Shown here in pieces: positions 1-11,260 of a stretch of DNA of 64,000 bases. Position numbers and translations under genes: made by a program. Numbering within the stretch: position 1 is the first letter of the stretch; each line of letters begins with the position of its first letter. The notes below the pieces were generated by a model. The model was not told where the DNA came from. It was given only the letters and a program-made list of their open reading frames with translations, and ran no database searches. The DNA is from Bacteroidota bacterium (GTDB taxonomy: Bacteria > Bacteroidota > Bacteroidia > Flavobacteriales > Flavobacteriaceae), in assembly GCA_040387175.1 (NCBI GenBank), contig JAZKED010000004.1, positions 8,210 through 72,209 on the forward strand, in the 5' to 3' direction.

Positions 1-1285
1 GAGCTCCTTCTCTCCAGGGCTTCATGATTAAATCATTTTCAATATCGTTGCAAATAACGCTTACGCCATCTTTGATTGCTGTTGAAGTTGGTCCTCTTCC
101 TTCAGGTGGAATATAATCCATCGAAATAGTTTTGATTGTTGAAAGATAACCATGGTCTTCACCTGCAAACATTGTAGGAATTACTTTTTTAGTTTTTGGA
201 TCGATTAATCCAATCCAGGCCAATTTAAACTTTCCTAGATTTACAGCAATTTCACAAGCTTCACGAAAAAGGGTTTCTTTATCAGTAGTGCGAACAATCA
301 TTTGATTAATCTGACTTATAAATAAATAAAGTCGATTGGCTTTTATAATTTTTTGTTCTGATGAAATTCGGTCTGTGATATCTGTAATGATTCCGTGGCA
401 AATTATAGTCCCTTCAGGTTCAACAACAGGCAAAGAGTTCATCCCATGCCATACTAAGCCTTTTGTAGGATGTACATATCGATATTTTCCTTTGAGAGGA
501 ATTAATTTAGTAAAAGTTTCAGAAATGCTTCTTCTAACATAATCAATATCATCAGGGTGAATTAATGAAAAAATCTTGTCGGTATCATTTTCAATATCTT
601 CATAATTAAAACCATAGATTTCATTGACGGAGCTGCTTGCATAAGCATAGCTCATGGAGCCATCTTTATTATGACGCATGGAGTAGATTAAACCAGGGAA
701 AGTGTCAGCAATTTTAGCAAACTTATCTCTTTCTTCCGTGAGGGTTTTTTCTGTTTCCTTTCTTTTGGTAACGTCTTTCAGATTACTAATAATACCTTTA
801 ATTTCGAGATCATCAAGCATATTATTGATGAAACCTTCCAGCCAGATGTAATGACCTTTTTTATGCTTCATTCTCATTGACATAGCAAAAGGAATCCCTG
901 GATTAGCCAATACATTCTGCATTAATTTTTGTAGTTGTCCCATATCTTCTGGATGAAGATAGTCTAGAGGGGAAAGCAGTTCAAATTCTTTATTATTCCA
1001 GCCTGTTATGCGTGCAGCAGATGAACTACGAAAAGTAGTATATAGATTCTTATCAATTAAAGTAACAATTCCATCATTATGCTCTAACATAGCACGGAAA
1101 CGTCTTTCACTTTGTATAGTTCCTTCGTCTAGTTTTTTATTTTCCGTTTGGTTTCTAGCAATCTCTGAAAAATCATTTTCAGATAGGCTTGTTGCATTTT
1201 TATATTCAAGTAAATTATTAATTTCTATTTCTTGATTTTTGATTGTTTCTAACAAGTCTTCGTATGTTGGAATTTTCTTTTTCAT
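1..1285 (-). CDS. Multi-PAS/GAF sensor protein, 5' part; runs off the left edge (probably a sensor histidine kinase)
   Basis: Hand translation from ATG 1285 is open to the window edge (428 codons; no stop, so absent from the ORF track). Two PAS/PAC repeats (YLHPED...KHKKGHYIWLEG...DVTKRKETE; LIHPDD...HPTKGLVWH...DITDR) are followed by a GAF-like segment (FKLAWIGLID...ICNDIENDLIMKPWRE). Confidence 0.85.
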   Translation of the reverse strand, partial: MKKKIPTYEDLLETIKNQEIEINNLLEYKNATSLSENDFSEIARNQTENKKLDEGTIQSERRFRAMLEHNDGIVTLIDKNLYTTFRSSSAARITGWNNKEFELLSPLDYLHPEDMGQLQKLMQNVLANPGIPFAMSMRMKHKKGHYIWLEGFINNMLDDLEIKGIISNLKDVTKRKETEKTLTEERDKFAKIADTFPGLIYSMRHNKDGSMSYAYASSSVNEIYGFNYEDIENDTDKIFSLIHPDDIDYVRRSISETFTKLIPLKGKYRYVHPTKGLVWHGMNSLPVVEPEGTIICHGIITDITDRISSEQKIIKANRLYLFISQINQMIVRTTDKETLFREACEIAVNLGKFKLAWIGLIDPKTKKVIPTMFAGEDHGYLSTIKTISMDYIPPEGRGPTSTAIKDGVSVICNDIENDLIMKPWREGA

Positions 1286-1420
1286 AATAAATGAAATAAA
1301 TAATTATCTGAAAATCAAAATATTGAATAAATATAACGAAAAATATTGTAATAATAATAACTAAAAAAATTGTGGGTAGATAACATCTGTAATAAACCGT
1401 TTTAATACATAAAAAACCGA

Positions 1421-2965
1421 TTATCGGTTACTCAATTTGGCTTTTTCTTTTATGATGTCGCTAATTTTTCGATTTTCAATTTTACTTTCGAGCCAGGAAA
1501 TAATATCAAGGTATAAGAAAGCCCTTTTTTCATAGGTGTTTTTCTCTAATTCTACAAAACGTTCTTTTACTTTGATAAATTCTTTTTTGATATCGCTTGG
1601 ATAAATAGTATTCAATTTTTTCAAAAATCGAATGATTTCCTTTTGAACTTCGTGCAAATCATTCATTTTAATCAAAAACTTATAAGTACTTATTAATTGA
1701 TTTTCTAAATTAAAATCTTTACCGGATTCATAATGTGCAATCAAACATAACAAACGGGCAAAACAAGCCAAATCTTCACGTACATAAAGATTTTTGTTGT
1801 TGATGATTTTTTCCAGATAGAATATACATTCTGTGTATTTTTCGTTACCAAAATAAATACTGGCAATTTTATAAAAAAACATCATCTCGTGATGTTCATC
1901 AAGATGCTCGTTATGTAATTTTATTTTGTCTAATATTTCAGGAATCAGGTATTCAGCTTCGGCAAAAGTTCCTTCCAGAATATGATAATTCAGCTTGTTA
2001 TTATACAAATAAAGGAACGAAAGCGAAGTAATATTGTCATTTATTGGAAATTGAGGGTCATTGATAGTCTCTTCAAGTAATTCCAGATATTTTTTGAAAT
2101 TGGTTTTGTATTTCAACATGAATAACGACTCCAATAAATAATGGTTTCCTTTTAAGAAGAATACAGGATTAAGATAAATCATACTCTTGTTATCATAAAA
2201 AAGAGTAACCCATTTATGCGAATATTTATAACAGGATAAAAAATCCTGTACTAAGAAACTTCTCCATAAATACGCATTGTAGTACCAGTATTTTTCTCGA
2301 AAATCAAAATTTTTCTCATCTAATTTTGAGATATGTTTATTAAAATACTCGTCAATGTATTTGTATTCGGCATCACTTTTTACATAACCCGTTTTTAGCA
2401 TAATGCCATACAATTGCAAAGAAAGATTCGATAATTTACTGGAAATGGTATTCTTATAATTCAATTCTTTGGCCTGAACAACCAATTCATCTGCACGACC
2501 CTGAATACTTCGGGTAATGTATTGTGACTCAATTAATTTTTCGAATTCAACAATTTCATATGCAATATATTTTTCGTCATTTTCTAAAGCCAAAAGCTTT
2601 GTCCTGTCCAATATCTTCAAACTTTGTTTGTACAAACCTTTGTTATAAAGTATTGTAGCAAAATCGATTTGCTCTCTTAATTGGTAACGAATATTTTGAC
2701 TAGGAATATTCAATCGAATACTTACCAGAATTTGTTTGTATAAATACGATTTTAGGTTAGATAATTGTACTTTCTTAATAGTACCACTTTTCAGGATAGC
2801 TTTCTCATCGTATACTTCGGATTTGTCTAAAATATTAAATAATTCAATAAACTTTGTATTGGAACTAGTTTCTAATCTACTTGCAAAAATCTTGAATTGT
2901 CTTTTTTCAGACTTTGAAAGTGATTTTATTAACACAAACAAGAAATCTTTTTGATGGTTAGCCAT
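1421..2965 (-). CDS. Conserved hypothetical all-helical (TPR-like) protein, 514 aa, divergent from leuA
   Basis: Long ORF, helical and aromatic-rich, with TPR-like segments (ATILYNKGLYKQSLKILDR; FFYKIASIYFGNEKYTECIFYL). No catalytic motif recognised. Confidence 0.8.
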   Translation of the reverse strand: MANHQKDFLFVLIKSLSKSEKRQFKIFASRLETSSNTKFIELFNILDKSEVYDEKAILKSGTIKKVQLSNLKSYLYKQILVSIRLNIPSQNIRYQLREQIDFATILYNKGLYKQSLKILDRTKLLALENDEKYIAYEIVEFEKLIESQYITRSIQGRADELVVQAKELNYKNTISSKLSNLSLQLYGIMLKTGYVKSDAEYKYIDEYFNKHISKLDEKNFDFREKYWYYNAYLWRSFLVQDFLSCYKYSHKWVTLFYDNKSMIYLNPVFFLKGNHYLLESLFMLKYKTNFKKYLELLEETINDPQFPINDNITSLSFLYLYNNKLNYHILEGTFAEAEYLIPEILDKIKLHNEHLDEHHEMMFFYKIASIYFGNEKYTECIFYLEKIINNKNLYVREDLACFARLLCLIAHYESGKDFNLENQLISTYKFLIKMNDLHEVQKEIIRFLKKLNTIYPSDIKKEFIKVKERFVELEKNTYEKRAFLYLDIISWLESKIENRKISDIIKEKAKLSNR

Positions 2966-3077
2966 TGTAAAATATTGTAATGTAACTTATTGATTTTAAG
3001 TTATTTAAATTAGTTTTGTATAGCTTATAAACAGTATAATCTATGAAAAATGAATTTTATATTAGAGTAATGAATTC

Positions 3078-3085
3078 TACTTTTG
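3078..3085 (+). promoter_or_regulatory. Bacteroidota sigma70 -7 element upstream of leuA
   Basis: TACTTTTG matches TAnnTTTG, 34 nt before the ATG. Confidence 0.55.
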
Positions 3086-3119
3086 TTTGAAGATGTGAAA
3101 TTACATTAAATATTTTAAA

Positions 3120-4295
3120 ATGAATAGAGAGAAAGTCCAAATTTTTGATACCACTTTAAGAGATGGTGAACAGGTTCCAGGATGCAAATTAGATACCAAT
3201 CAAAAACTCGTCATTGCAAATAGATTAGACGAAATGGGAGTGGATGTGATTGAAGCTGGATTCCCTGTTTCAAGTCCCGGAGATTTTTTATCCGTTTCAG
3301 AAATTAGTAAAATTATAAAAAATGCTACCGTTTGTGGTCTTACCAGAGCGGTTAAAAATGATATTGATGTGGCTGCAGCTGCTTTAAAGCACGCTAAAAG
3401 ACCTCGTATTCATACAGGAATTGGAACATCAGAATCTCATATAATATACAAACTTAATACAACAAGAGAAGATATTATTGCCAGAGCAAAATACGCTGTT
3501 TCTTATGCTAAAACTTTTGTTGAAGACGTAGAATTTTATGCTGAAGATGCAGGTAGAACTGACAATGAATTCTTAGCTCGAGTCTGTGAAGAAGTGATTA
3601 AATCAGGTGCTACAGTATTGAATATTCCTGATACAACAGGATATTGTTTGCCACATGAATATGGTGAAAAAATCAAATATCTTAAAGAAAATGTAAAAGG
3701 TATTGAAAACGTTACTATTTCTTGTCACTGTCATAATGATTTAGGTATGGCTACTGCCAATTCAATTGCAGGAGCGATGAATGGAGCAAGACAAATTGAG
3801 TGTACTATAAATGGAATAGGGGAAAGAGCAGGAAATACAGCACTTGAAGAAGTGGTAATGATTTTCAAACAACATCCTTATTTGAATTTATACACTGATA
3901 TCAATACAAAGGAATTAAATTCAATGAGCCGCTTGGTTTCTGATAGTATGGGAATGATGGTTCAGCCAAACAAAGCCATTGTAGGAGCAAATGCTTTTGC
4001 ACACAGTTCTGGAATTCATCAGGATGGTGTTATAAAAAACAGAGAAACATACGAAATCATGGATCCTTTAGATGTTGGAGTGAATCAATCATCTATCATT
4101 CTTACAGCCAGAAGTGGTAGAGCTGCATTGGCTTACCGAGCTAAAAAAGTAGGATACGAGTTGACAAAAACACAATTGGATCTTGTATATGTTGAGTTCT
4201 TGAAATTTGCCGACATCAAAAAAGAAGTGATAGATGAGGATATTCATCAAATAATTGAAGCTTCTAAATTAGGAAGTGACTTAGTAAGACACTAA
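3120..4295 (+). CDS. leuA: 2-isopropylmalate synthase, short form without the C-terminal allosteric domain
   Basis: [14 protein letters not shown] and GIGERAGN motifs; 391 aa, ending shortly after the HQDG...SGR linker. Confidence 0.93.
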   Translation: MNREKVQIFDTTLRDGEQVPGCKLDTNQKLVIANRLDEMGVDVIEAGFPVSSPGDFLSVSEISKIIKNATVCGLTRAVKNDIDVAAAALKHAKRPRIHTGIGTSESHIIYKLNTTREDIIARAKYAVSYAKTFVEDVEFYAEDAGRTDNEFLARVCEEVIKSGATVLNIPDTTGYCLPHEYGEKIKYLKENVKGIENVTISCHCHNDLGMATANSIAGAMNGARQIECTINGIGERAGNTALEEVVMIFKQHPYLNLYTDINTKELNSMSRLVSDSMGMMVQPNKAIVGANAFAHSSGIHQDGVIKNRETYEIMDPLDVGVNQSSIILTARSGRAALAYRAKKVGYELTKTQLDLVYVEFLKFADIKKEVIDEDIHQIIEASKLGSDLVRH

Positions 4296-4320
4296 TAACT
4301 TTTGAATAAATAAAAACAAA

Positions 4321-5436
4321 ATGAATTTAAAAATAGCAGTACTTTCAGGAGATGGAATAGGTCCAGAGGTAACATTGCAAGCAAAAAAAGCTTTGTCTGC
4401 TATTGCTGTGGTTTATAATCACGAGTTTATTTTTGAAGACGCTTATATTGGGGCAATTGCTATTGAAAAAACAGGAAAACCACTTCCGGAACAAACCTTG
4501 AATTTATGTAGAAATACCGATTCTATTTTGTTTGGAGCCATTGGTGATCCAAAATACGATAACGATCCCAGTGCCAAAGTACGTCCTGAACAAGGATTAC
4601 TTAGATTAAGAAAAGAATTAGGCTTATTCGCCAATATTAGACCAATAAAAGCATATCCAAAATTAATGGGTTCATCTCCAATAAAGAAAGAAGTTCTACA
4701 AGGAACTGATTTTCTGGTTTACAGAGAACTAAATGGTGGAATGTATGTTGGAGAAAAAACAACAAATGAAGAAGGAACTTATGCTTCCGATTTGTGTGAA
4801 TATAACGAAGAGGAAATTGCAAAAATTGCTCATTTAGCATTCAAAGCAGCACAAGAAAGACGTAAAAAAGTAACCTTGGTAGACAAAGCGAATGTTTTGG
4901 AAACTTCCCGTTTATGGAGAAGAACAGTTTCTGAAATTGCTAAGGAATATCCAGATGTAACCTTGGAATGTCTATATGTAGACAATGCCGCAATGCAAAT
5001 TATTGTGAATCCAAGACAATTTGATATTTTGTTAACTGATAATTTGTTTGGTGATATTTTGTCTGATGAAGCCAGCGTTATTTCGGGTTCAATAGGATTA
5101 ATGTCTTCGGCTACATTGGGAGACAAACATTCATTGTTTGAACCAATTCACGGTTGTTATACAGAAGCAAAAGGGAAGAATATTGCCAATCCAATCGCAT
5201 CGATTCTTTCGGTAGCTTTATTGTTAGAGCATTTTGGATTAACACAAGAATCTAAAAAAGTAATTGCAGCAGTAGAAAAAGCAATTCTTAGTAATGTCGT
5301 CACCGTGGATTTGAAAGTAGATTCTCAATTCGGAACGAATGAAGTAGGGGATTTTATTTCAAATCATATCCTAAACGAAGGCGATTCCTATTTCAAAAAG
5401 GATTTTGTACAAATAGGACAATCAACAATAGTATAA
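4321..5436 (+). CDS. leuB: 3-isopropylmalate dehydrogenase
   Basis: GDGIGPEV, DKANVLETSRLWR, NLFGDILSDEA and EPIHG...ANP motifs. Confidence 0.93.
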   Translation: MNLKIAVLSGDGIGPEVTLQAKKALSAIAVVYNHEFIFEDAYIGAIAIEKTGKPLPEQTLNLCRNTDSILFGAIGDPKYDNDPSAKVRPEQGLLRLRKELGLFANIRPIKAYPKLMGSSPIKKEVLQGTDFLVYRELNGGMYVGEKTTNEEGTYASDLCEYNEEEIAKIAHLAFKAAQERRKKVTLVDKANVLETSRLWRRTVSEIAKEYPDVTLECLYVDNAAMQIIVNPRQFDILLTDNLFGDILSDEASVISGSIGLMSSATLGDKHSLFEPIHGCYTEAKGKNIANPIASILSVALLLEHFGLTQESKKVIAAVEKAILSNVVTVDLKVDSQFGTNEVGDFISNHILNEGDSYFKKDFVQIGQSTIV

Positions 5437-5490
5437 TTAAAAAATAAAAAACAGGTTCAAGCAAAAAACCTCAAAAAATAAAACTGAAAA

Positions 5491-7164
5491 ATGGAATTAA
5501 ATAAATACAGTAAAACAATTACCCAAGATCAAACACAACCAGCTTCTCAAGCGATGTTGTACGGTATTGGATTAACTGAAGAAGATTTAAAGAAAGCGCA
5601 AGTTGGAATTGTAAGTATGGGTTACGAGGGAAATACTTGTAATATGCACTTGAATGATTTGGCTAAAGATATTAAAACTGGTGTCTGGGCAGCAGATTTA
5701 GTAGGTTTAATTTTTAATACTATTGGTGTAAGTGACGGTATTTCTAATGGTAATGATGGAATGCGTTTTTCTTTGGTTTCTCGTGATGTTATTGCAGATT
5801 CTATCGAAACTGTTATGGGAGCACAATGGTATGATGCTATGATTGCTGTACCAGGTTGTGATAAAAATATGCCAGGAGCTTTAATGGCTATGGGTAGAGT
5901 AAATCGCCCTTCTATTATGGTTTACGGAGGATCAATTCATCCAGGAAAATGGAAAGGGGAGGATTTGAATATTGTTTCTGCTTTTGAAGCCTTAGGTAAA
6001 AAAATCAGCAATACAATTACTCCCGAAGATTTCAAAGGAGTAATTCAAAATGCTTGTCCAGGTGCAGGTGCTTGCGGTGGAATGTACACAGCGAACACTA
6101 TGTCATCAGCAATTGAAGCATTAGGAATGAGCTTACCTTACAGTTCTTCTAATCCTGCTTTAAGTCCGGAAAAGAAACAAGAATGTGTTGATGCTGGTAA
6201 AGCGATCAGAATATTATTGGAAAAAGATATTAAGCCTAGAGACATTATGACTCGTAAAGCATTCGAAAATGCAATTACAATCGTAGCTGTTTTAGGAGGA
6301 TCTACCAATGCAGTAATGCACTTAATTGCAATGGCGCATTCAGTGGGAATTGAATTGACATTGAAAGATTTTCAAGACATTAGTGATAAAACACCATTGT
6401 TAGCCGACTTGAAACCAAGTGGAAAATACTTAATGGAAGATTTACACAATGTAGGAGGTGTTCCGGGAGTAATGAAATATTTATTAAAAGAAGGTCTATT
6501 ACACGGAGATTGTTTAACTGTAACTGGAAAAACAATAGCGGAGAATTTAGCTTCAGTTGCAGATTTACACGATGGTCAGCAAGTGATTCATGAAATCCAA
6601 AAAGCTTTAAAAGCTACTGGGAATATTCAAATTCTTTATGGAAATATTGCAACAGAAGGTTGTGTAGCTAAAATTAGTGGAAAAGAAGGGGAGTTTTTCG
6701 AAGGTACAGCAGTAGTTTTTGAAGGTGAAAAAGATGTAATCAGAGGAATACAGGCTGGTGAAGTGAAACCTGGAAACGTAGTGATTATTCGTTACTGTGG
6801 TCCAAAAGGTGGTCCGGGGATGTCGGAAATGTTAAAACCAACATCTGCCATTATGGGAGCTGGTTTAGGAAATTCTGTCGCTTTGATTACTGACGGACGT
6901 TTCTCTGGAGGTTCACATGGTTTTGTGGTAGGACACGTTACTCCTGAAGCTTACGAAGGGGGAGGAATTGCTTTAATCGAAAACGGAGATGTTATTACAA
7001 TTGATGCTGTGAAAAACACTATTGATATGAAAATTTCTGACGAAGAATTTGCAAAACGTAAAGCCAACTGGAAACAACCAGTATCAGAAATTAAACAAGG
7101 AGTTTTACTTAAATATATGCGTTCGGTCTCCAGTGCTTCTGAAGGATGTGTTACTGACAAATAA
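5491..7164 (+). CDS. ilvD: Dihydroxy-acid dehydratase
   Basis: [26 protein letters not shown] and TDGRFSGG motifs. Confidence 0.97.
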   Translation: MELNKYSKTITQDQTQPASQAMLYGIGLTEEDLKKAQVGIVSMGYEGNTCNMHLNDLAKDIKTGVWAADLVGLIFNTIGVSDGISNGNDGMRFSLVSRDVIADSIETVMGAQWYDAMIAVPGCDKNMPGALMAMGRVNRPSIMVYGGSIHPGKWKGEDLNIVSAFEALGKKISNTITPEDFKGVIQNACPGAGACGGMYTANTMSSAIEALGMSLPYSSSNPALSPEKKQECVDAGKAIRILLEKDIKPRDIMTRKAFENAITIVAVLGGSTNAVMHLIAMAHSVGIELTLKDFQDISDKTPLLADLKPSGKYLMEDLHNVGGVPGVMKYLLKEGLLHGDCLTVTGKTIAENLASVADLHDGQQVIHEIQKALKATGNIQILYGNIATEGCVAKISGKEGEFFEGTAVVFEGEKDVIRGIQAGEVKPGNVVIIRYCGPKGGPGMSEMLKPTSAIMGAGLGNSVALITDGRFSGGSHGFVVGHVTPEAYEGGGIALIENGDVITIDAVKNTIDMKISDEEFAKRKANWKQPVSEIKQGVLLKYMRSVSSASEGCVTDK

Positions 7165-7231
7165 TTTAAAAAAAAAATACAAACCTCTAAATCTAAAAAA
7201 AGAAAGATTTTAAGGTTAAAAAAGATATAAA

Positions 7232-8929
7232 ATGGAAACAATTAAAATATCTGGCGCAGAAGCAGTTATTAGATGCTTATTAGCCGAAGGAGTAGACTTA
7301 GTTTATGGTTACCCAGGTGGTGCTATTATGCCGGTTTACGACGAATTATATAAATTTCAAGATCAATTGCACCACGTTTTGGTGCGTCACGAACAAGGTG
7401 CGGCTCACGCTGCTCAAGGTTTCGCAAGAGCTACCGGTAAAGTGGGTGTTGCTATTGCAACTTCAGGTCCAGGTGCAACGAATTTAGTTACAGGAATTGC
7501 AGATGCTCAAATCGATTCAACACCGTTGGTTTGTATCACGGGTCAGGTTGGAAAGCATTTATTGGGTTCTGATGCTTTTCAGGAAACAGACATTATCGGA
7601 ATTTCAACTCCGGTAACTAAATGGAATTACCAAATTACAGAAGCTCACGAAATTCCGGAAATTATTGCTAAAGCTTTTTATATCGCAAGATCAGGTCGTC
7701 CAGGTCCGGTTTTGATTGATATTACTAAAAATGCTCAATTCGATGAGTTCGAGTTTAGTTATGAAAAATGTACCGGTATTAGAAGTTATCATCCAAAGCC
7801 AGTTTTGAATATTCAAAAAGTCCAAGACGCTGCTGATATAATTAATAATGCAAAAAAACCATTTATCATTTTCGGTCAAGGTGTTATATTAAGTCAAGCA
7901 GAAGAGCAATTAAAAAGATTGGTTGAAAAATCAGGAATTCCTGCTGCCTGGACTATTTTAGGACTTTCAGCTTTGCCAACAGATCATCCTTTAAATGTAG
8001 GTATGGTAGGTATGCATGGTAATTATGGTCCAAATGTCTTGACTAACGAGTGTGATGTTTTGATTGCATTAGGAATGCGTTTTGATGATCGTGTTACCGG
8101 AAATTTAGCAACTTATGCTAAACAGGCTAAAGTAATTCATATCGAAATTGATCCGGCTGAAATTGATAAAAACGTTAAAACAGAAGTAGCTGTTTTGGCA
8201 GATATAAAAGAAGCATTGACTGCTTTGATTCCATTAATTGATAAGAAATCACACGATTCCTGGCATAATGAATTCAAAGAAAAATATAAAATTGAGTTAG
8301 AGGCAGTTATCGATGAAGAGTTAGCTCCAACGAATGGTAAGGGAATTTCGATGGGAGAAACTATCGAAATGATTAACAAACACTCGAAAGGGGATGCGAT
8401 AATGGTTTCGGATGTAGGACAACATCAAATGTTTGCTTGCCGTTATGCTAAATTCAATACCACTAAAAGTAATGTTACTTCAGGTGGTTTAGGAACAATG
8501 GGATTTGCTTTACCGGCTGCTATTGGTGCAAAAATGGGTAGACCAGATCGTGAAGTTGTAGCTATTATTGGAGACGGAGGTTTTCAAATGAACATTCAGG
8601 AATTAGGAACAATTCATCAAACAAAAGTTCCTGTGAAGATTGTAGTTTTGAATAATGAATTTTTAGGAATGGTACGCCAATGGCAGGAATTGTTTTTCGA
8701 CTACAGATATGCTTCTACAGTCATGGTAAATCCTAACTTCTGTGCTATTGCCGAAGGGTATTATATCAAATCCAGAAAAGTAACTAAAAGAGAAGAACTA
8801 GATGAAGCAGTAGCTGAAATGATGGCTTCTAAAGACTCTTACTTCCTGGAAGTTATGGTAGAAAAAGAAAACAATGTATTCCCAATGATTCCAACAGGAG
8901 CTTCGGTTTCTGATATCCGATTAAGTTAA
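7232..8929 (+). CDS. ilvB: Acetolactate synthase large subunit
   Basis: GYPGGAIMP, RHEQGA, TSGPGATN and the TPP motif GDGGFQMNIQEL...NN. Confidence 0.97.
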   Translation: METIKISGAEAVIRCLLAEGVDLVYGYPGGAIMPVYDELYKFQDQLHHVLVRHEQGAAHAAQGFARATGKVGVAIATSGPGATNLVTGIADAQIDSTPLVCITGQVGKHLLGSDAFQETDIIGISTPVTKWNYQITEAHEIPEIIAKAFYIARSGRPGPVLIDITKNAQFDEFEFSYEKCTGIRSYHPKPVLNIQKVQDAADIINNAKKPFIIFGQGVILSQAEEQLKRLVEKSGIPAAWTILGLSALPTDHPLNVGMVGMHGNYGPNVLTNECDVLIALGMRFDDRVTGNLATYAKQAKVIHIEIDPAEIDKNVKTEVAVLADIKEALTALIPLIDKKSHDSWHNEFKEKYKIELEAVIDEELAPTNGKGISMGETIEMINKHSKGDAIMVSDVGQHQMFACRYAKFNTTKSNVTSGGLGTMGFALPAAIGAKMGRPDREVVAIIGDGGFQMNIQELGTIHQTKVPVKIVVLNNEFLGMVRQWQELFFDYRYASTVMVNPNFCAIAEGYYIKSRKVTKREELDEAVAEMMASKDSYFLEVMVEKENNVFPMIPTGASVSDIRLS

Positions 8930-8935
8930 AAAATT

Positions 8936-9460
8936 ATGGAAAATAAAATATTCACCATTTCTGTTTATTCAGAAAACAATGTTGGCTTATTGAATCGAAT
9001 TTCAGGAATTTTCCTGAAACGCCACATCAATATATTGAGTTTGAATGTATCCGAATCGGAAATTGAAGGTGTTTCCCGTTTCATTATTGTAGTGAAAACT
9101 ACTGAAAAATGGGTTCAGAACATTGTAGGTCAGATTGAAAAACAAATCGAAGTTATCAAGGCATTCTATCACACGGATGAAGAAACTATCTTTTTGGATA
9201 GCGCTATATTCAAAATTAACTCAGCTTTATTATTCGACGAAAGACAAATTCAGAACATTATCAAAGAAAGTCATTCTGAAATCGTAACGGTATCAAGAGA
9301 CTTTTTCGTGATTTCAAAAACAGGAAAACGTGCTGAAATTGTAGAATTATATAACAAACTAAAACCTTTCGGAATTATGCAGTTTGCACGTTCAGGAAGA
9401 ATATCGATTTCAAAAGAAAAGATGGACATTTCATCTTTATTAGTATCAGATTTAAAATAG
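8936..9460 (+). CDS. ilvN: Acetolactate synthase small (regulatory) subunit
   Basis: ACT domain (ENNVGLLNRISGIF), C-terminal ARSGRI, and position after ilvB. Confidence 0.93.
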   Translation: MENKIFTISVYSENNVGLLNRISGIFLKRHINILSLNVSESEIEGVSRFIIVVKTTEKWVQNIVGQIEKQIEVIKAFYHTDEETIFLDSAIFKINSALLFDERQIQNIIKESHSEIVTVSRDFFVISKTGKRAEIVELYNKLKPFGIMQFARSGRISISKEKMDISSLLVSDLK

Positions 9461-9512
9461 AGAAATAGACTAAAGTCTAAAAAATTATTAAATATTAAAC
9501 AACAATTAAAAA

Positions 9513-10988
9513 ATGGCAAATTATTTCAATTCATTACCACTTAGATCACAATTAGAACAATTAGGCGTTTGCGAATTTATGGATCAATCCGAATTTGCAG
9601 ATGGAATCGAAGCTCTTAAAGGGAAAAAAGTAGTTATCGTAGGTTGCGGAGCTCAAGGTTTAAACCAAGGTTTGAATATGAGAGATTCAGGTCTTGATAT
9701 TTCTTATACTTTGCGTGCTGAAGCAATTGCACAAAAAAGAGATTCTTTTAAAAATGCTACTGATAATGGTTTCAAAGTGGGAACTTATGAAGAATTAATC
9801 CCAACGGCTGATTTGGTTTGTAACCTTACGCCAGACAAACAACATACTGCAGTAGTAGGAGCTATCATGCCTTTGATGAAACAAGGAGCAACTTTGGCTT
9901 ATTCTCACGGTTTCAACATCGTTGAGGAAGGAATGCAAATTCGTAAAGACATCACTGTAATTATGTGTGCTCCAAAATGCCCGGGATCTGAAGTTCGTGA
10001 AGAATACAAAAGAGGATTTGGTGTACCAACTCTTATCGCTGTTCACCCTGAAAATGATCCAAACGGATTTGGTTTGGCCCAGGCAAAAGCATACGCTGTA
10101 GCAACAGGAGGAAACAGAGCAGGAGTATTGCGTTCTTCTTTCGTAGCTGAAGTAAAATCAGATTTAATGGGTGAGCAAACAATCCTTTGTGGTTTGTTGC
10201 AAACAGGTTCTATCTTGTGTTTTGACAAAATGGTTGCTGAAGGTATTGATGCTGGATATGCTTCTAAATTAATCCAATACGGATGGGAAACTATCACTGA
10301 AGCTTTGAAATACGGTGGTATCACTAATATGATGGATAGATTGTCTAATCCTGCTAAATTAGAAGCATTTAAAGTTTCTGAAGAATTGAAAGACATTATG
10401 CGTCCATTATTCAGAAAGCATATGGATGATATCATTTCTGGAGAATTCTCAAGAACAATGATGGCTGACTGGGCTAACGATGATAAAAACTTGTTAACTT
10501 GGAGAGCTGCAACTGGAGAAACTAATTTCGAAAAAACTCCTGCTGGAAATGTTGAAATTTCTGAGCAAGAATACTTTGATAATGGTGTATTGATGGTTGC
10601 TATGGTAAGAGCTGGTGTTGAATTGGCTTTCGAAGCTATGACAGATTCAGGAATTATCGAAGAATCAGCTTACTATGAATCATTACACGAAACTCCACTT
10701 ATTGCTAACACAATTGCAAGAAAGAAATTGTTCGAAATGAACCGTGTAATTTCTGATACTGCTGAGTACGGATGTTATTTATTTGATCACGCTTGTAAGC
10801 CATTAATCGCTGAGTACGTGAAAAATGCACCATCTAACTTAGTAGGTCGTCCATTCAACAACGGAAACAACGGTGTTGATAACAAAGAATTAATCGAAGT
10901 AAATTCAATTATCAGAAACCACCCGGTTGAAGAAGTTGGAGCTTGGTTGAGAGAGTCAATGACTGCAATGAAAAAAATCGTTGGATAA
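9513..10988 (+). CDS. ilvC: Ketol-acid reductoisomerase (long, class II, 491 aa)
   Basis: [30 protein letters not shown] and [12 protein letters not shown] motifs. Confidence 0.97.
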   Translation: MANYFNSLPLRSQLEQLGVCEFMDQSEFADGIEALKGKKVVIVGCGAQGLNQGLNMRDSGLDISYTLRAEAIAQKRDSFKNATDNGFKVGTYEELIPTADLVCNLTPDKQHTAVVGAIMPLMKQGATLAYSHGFNIVEEGMQIRKDITVIMCAPKCPGSEVREEYKRGFGVPTLIAVHPENDPNGFGLAQAKAYAVATGGNRAGVLRSSFVAEVKSDLMGEQTILCGLLQTGSILCFDKMVAEGIDAGYASKLIQYGWETITEALKYGGITNMMDRLSNPAKLEAFKVSEELKDIMRPLFRKHMDDIISGEFSRTMMADWANDDKNLLTWRAATGETNFEKTPAGNVEISEQEYFDNGVLMVAMVRAGVELAFEAMTDSGIIEESAYYESLHETPLIANTIARKKLFEMNRVISDTAEYGCYLFDHACKPLIAEYVKNAPSNLVGRPFNNGNNGVDNKELIEVNSIIRNHPVEEVGAWLRESMTAMKKIVG

Positions 10989-11150
10989 TAATACACACCT
11001 AGGTGTGAAGGGATTTTGTACTTTCTTAGTTTTTTTAAATATTTTGAATTAGTAAGCAAATATTGAGAATCAATTGAAATAGTCATTTTACATTCACTTA
11101 ACTCGAGATTCTGTTGAAAGTTAAGTGAAGTAATCCCGAAAATAGTTTTT

Positions 11151-11186
11151 AAAAGCGAGGTAGAAATTCTATCTCGCTTTTTTTTT
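11151..11186 (+). terminator. Intrinsic terminator ending the leu/ilv operon
   Basis: Stem AAAAGCGAGGTAGAA / TTCTATCTCGCTTTT followed by a T run. Confidence 0.75.
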
Positions 11187-11260
11187 ATGGAATGTTATAT
11201 AAATACATTAAATTTCTTACTCTAATTTCGTACTATTGTAACAACTAAAAAATATAAATT

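Noticed and set aside
336-1235. Plus-strand ORFs 336-542 and 1008-1235
   Set aside because: Antisense shadows of the PAS/GAF sensor gene; no coding features of their own.
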